From contig NC_083450.1 of the NCBI RefSeq assembly GCF_020745735.1, positions 4,543,479-4,607,478 on the forward strand: a stretch of DNA of 64,000 bases, given 5' to 3'. Origin of the DNA: Hemiscyllium ocellatum. Taxonomy: Eukaryota. Numbering within the stretch: the first letter of the stretch is position 1; every line of letters starts with the position of its first letter. Below are positions 63,801 through 64,000 of this stretch, one piece after another. The notes beneath the pieces were generated by a model, which saw nothing but the letters and a program-made list of their open reading frames with translations, ran no database searches and had not been told where the DNA came from. A program made the position numbers and the translations under genes.

Positions 63801-64000
63801 TAAAATGGGGAAATGAGAGAGTCCAGAAGTCAAATAGCAATAATCCAATTTGGTTGTTTCGAGTGACTCAGTCTATCAAGGTCTGTTTGTGTAAATGTGT
63901 GACGTTTCTGAGAAGGTGAGGGTTTGATGGAACTTCTGCATTTTCTCTCCAGCTCGTGGGTGAAGCCACAGCCGCCCGTGTGATGTTTTGGAGCTGACGA

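Overview
This is vertebrate genomic DNA, almost certainly from a cartilaginous fish. It carries shark-type tRNA-derived SINEs, CR1, Rex1/Babar and Penelope repeats, and four short assembly gaps. The window is a tandem array of immunoglobulin light-chain clusters of the shark type II (lambda) class, all on the + strand, in duplicated units of about 16-23 kb. Cluster 1 (4860-5743) is an unrearranged pseudogene: leader, V with a perfect 12-bp-spacer RSS, about 330 bp of spacer, a degenerate 23-bp-spacer RSS and a J, with no C exon. Cluster 2 (28222-31262) is an unrearranged pseudogene: V with a damaged 12-RSS, J deleted, and a frameshifted C. Cluster 3 (49464-53144) is an intact germline-joined L-VJ-C gene of 242 aa with strikingly Asp-rich CDR1 and CDR2. 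The upstream flank of a probable fourth cluster begins at about 61 kb. Each unit repeats the same non-coding layout: a G-rich 37-bp minisatellite, an octamer promoter, a repeat-built J-C intron, a conserved ETS-containing 3' block, and a same-orientation array of CTCF-like motifs with about 41-bp periodicity. The most interesting signals are (i) split type II V/J segments with kappa-polarity RSSs next to a germline-joined paralog, which allows the germline junction to be reconstructed, (ii) the inter-cluster CTCF-like arrays, and (iii) convergent substitution to Asp in the CDRs of the only intact gene. All alignments were done by eye, and family assignments come from remembered motifs, not database searches.
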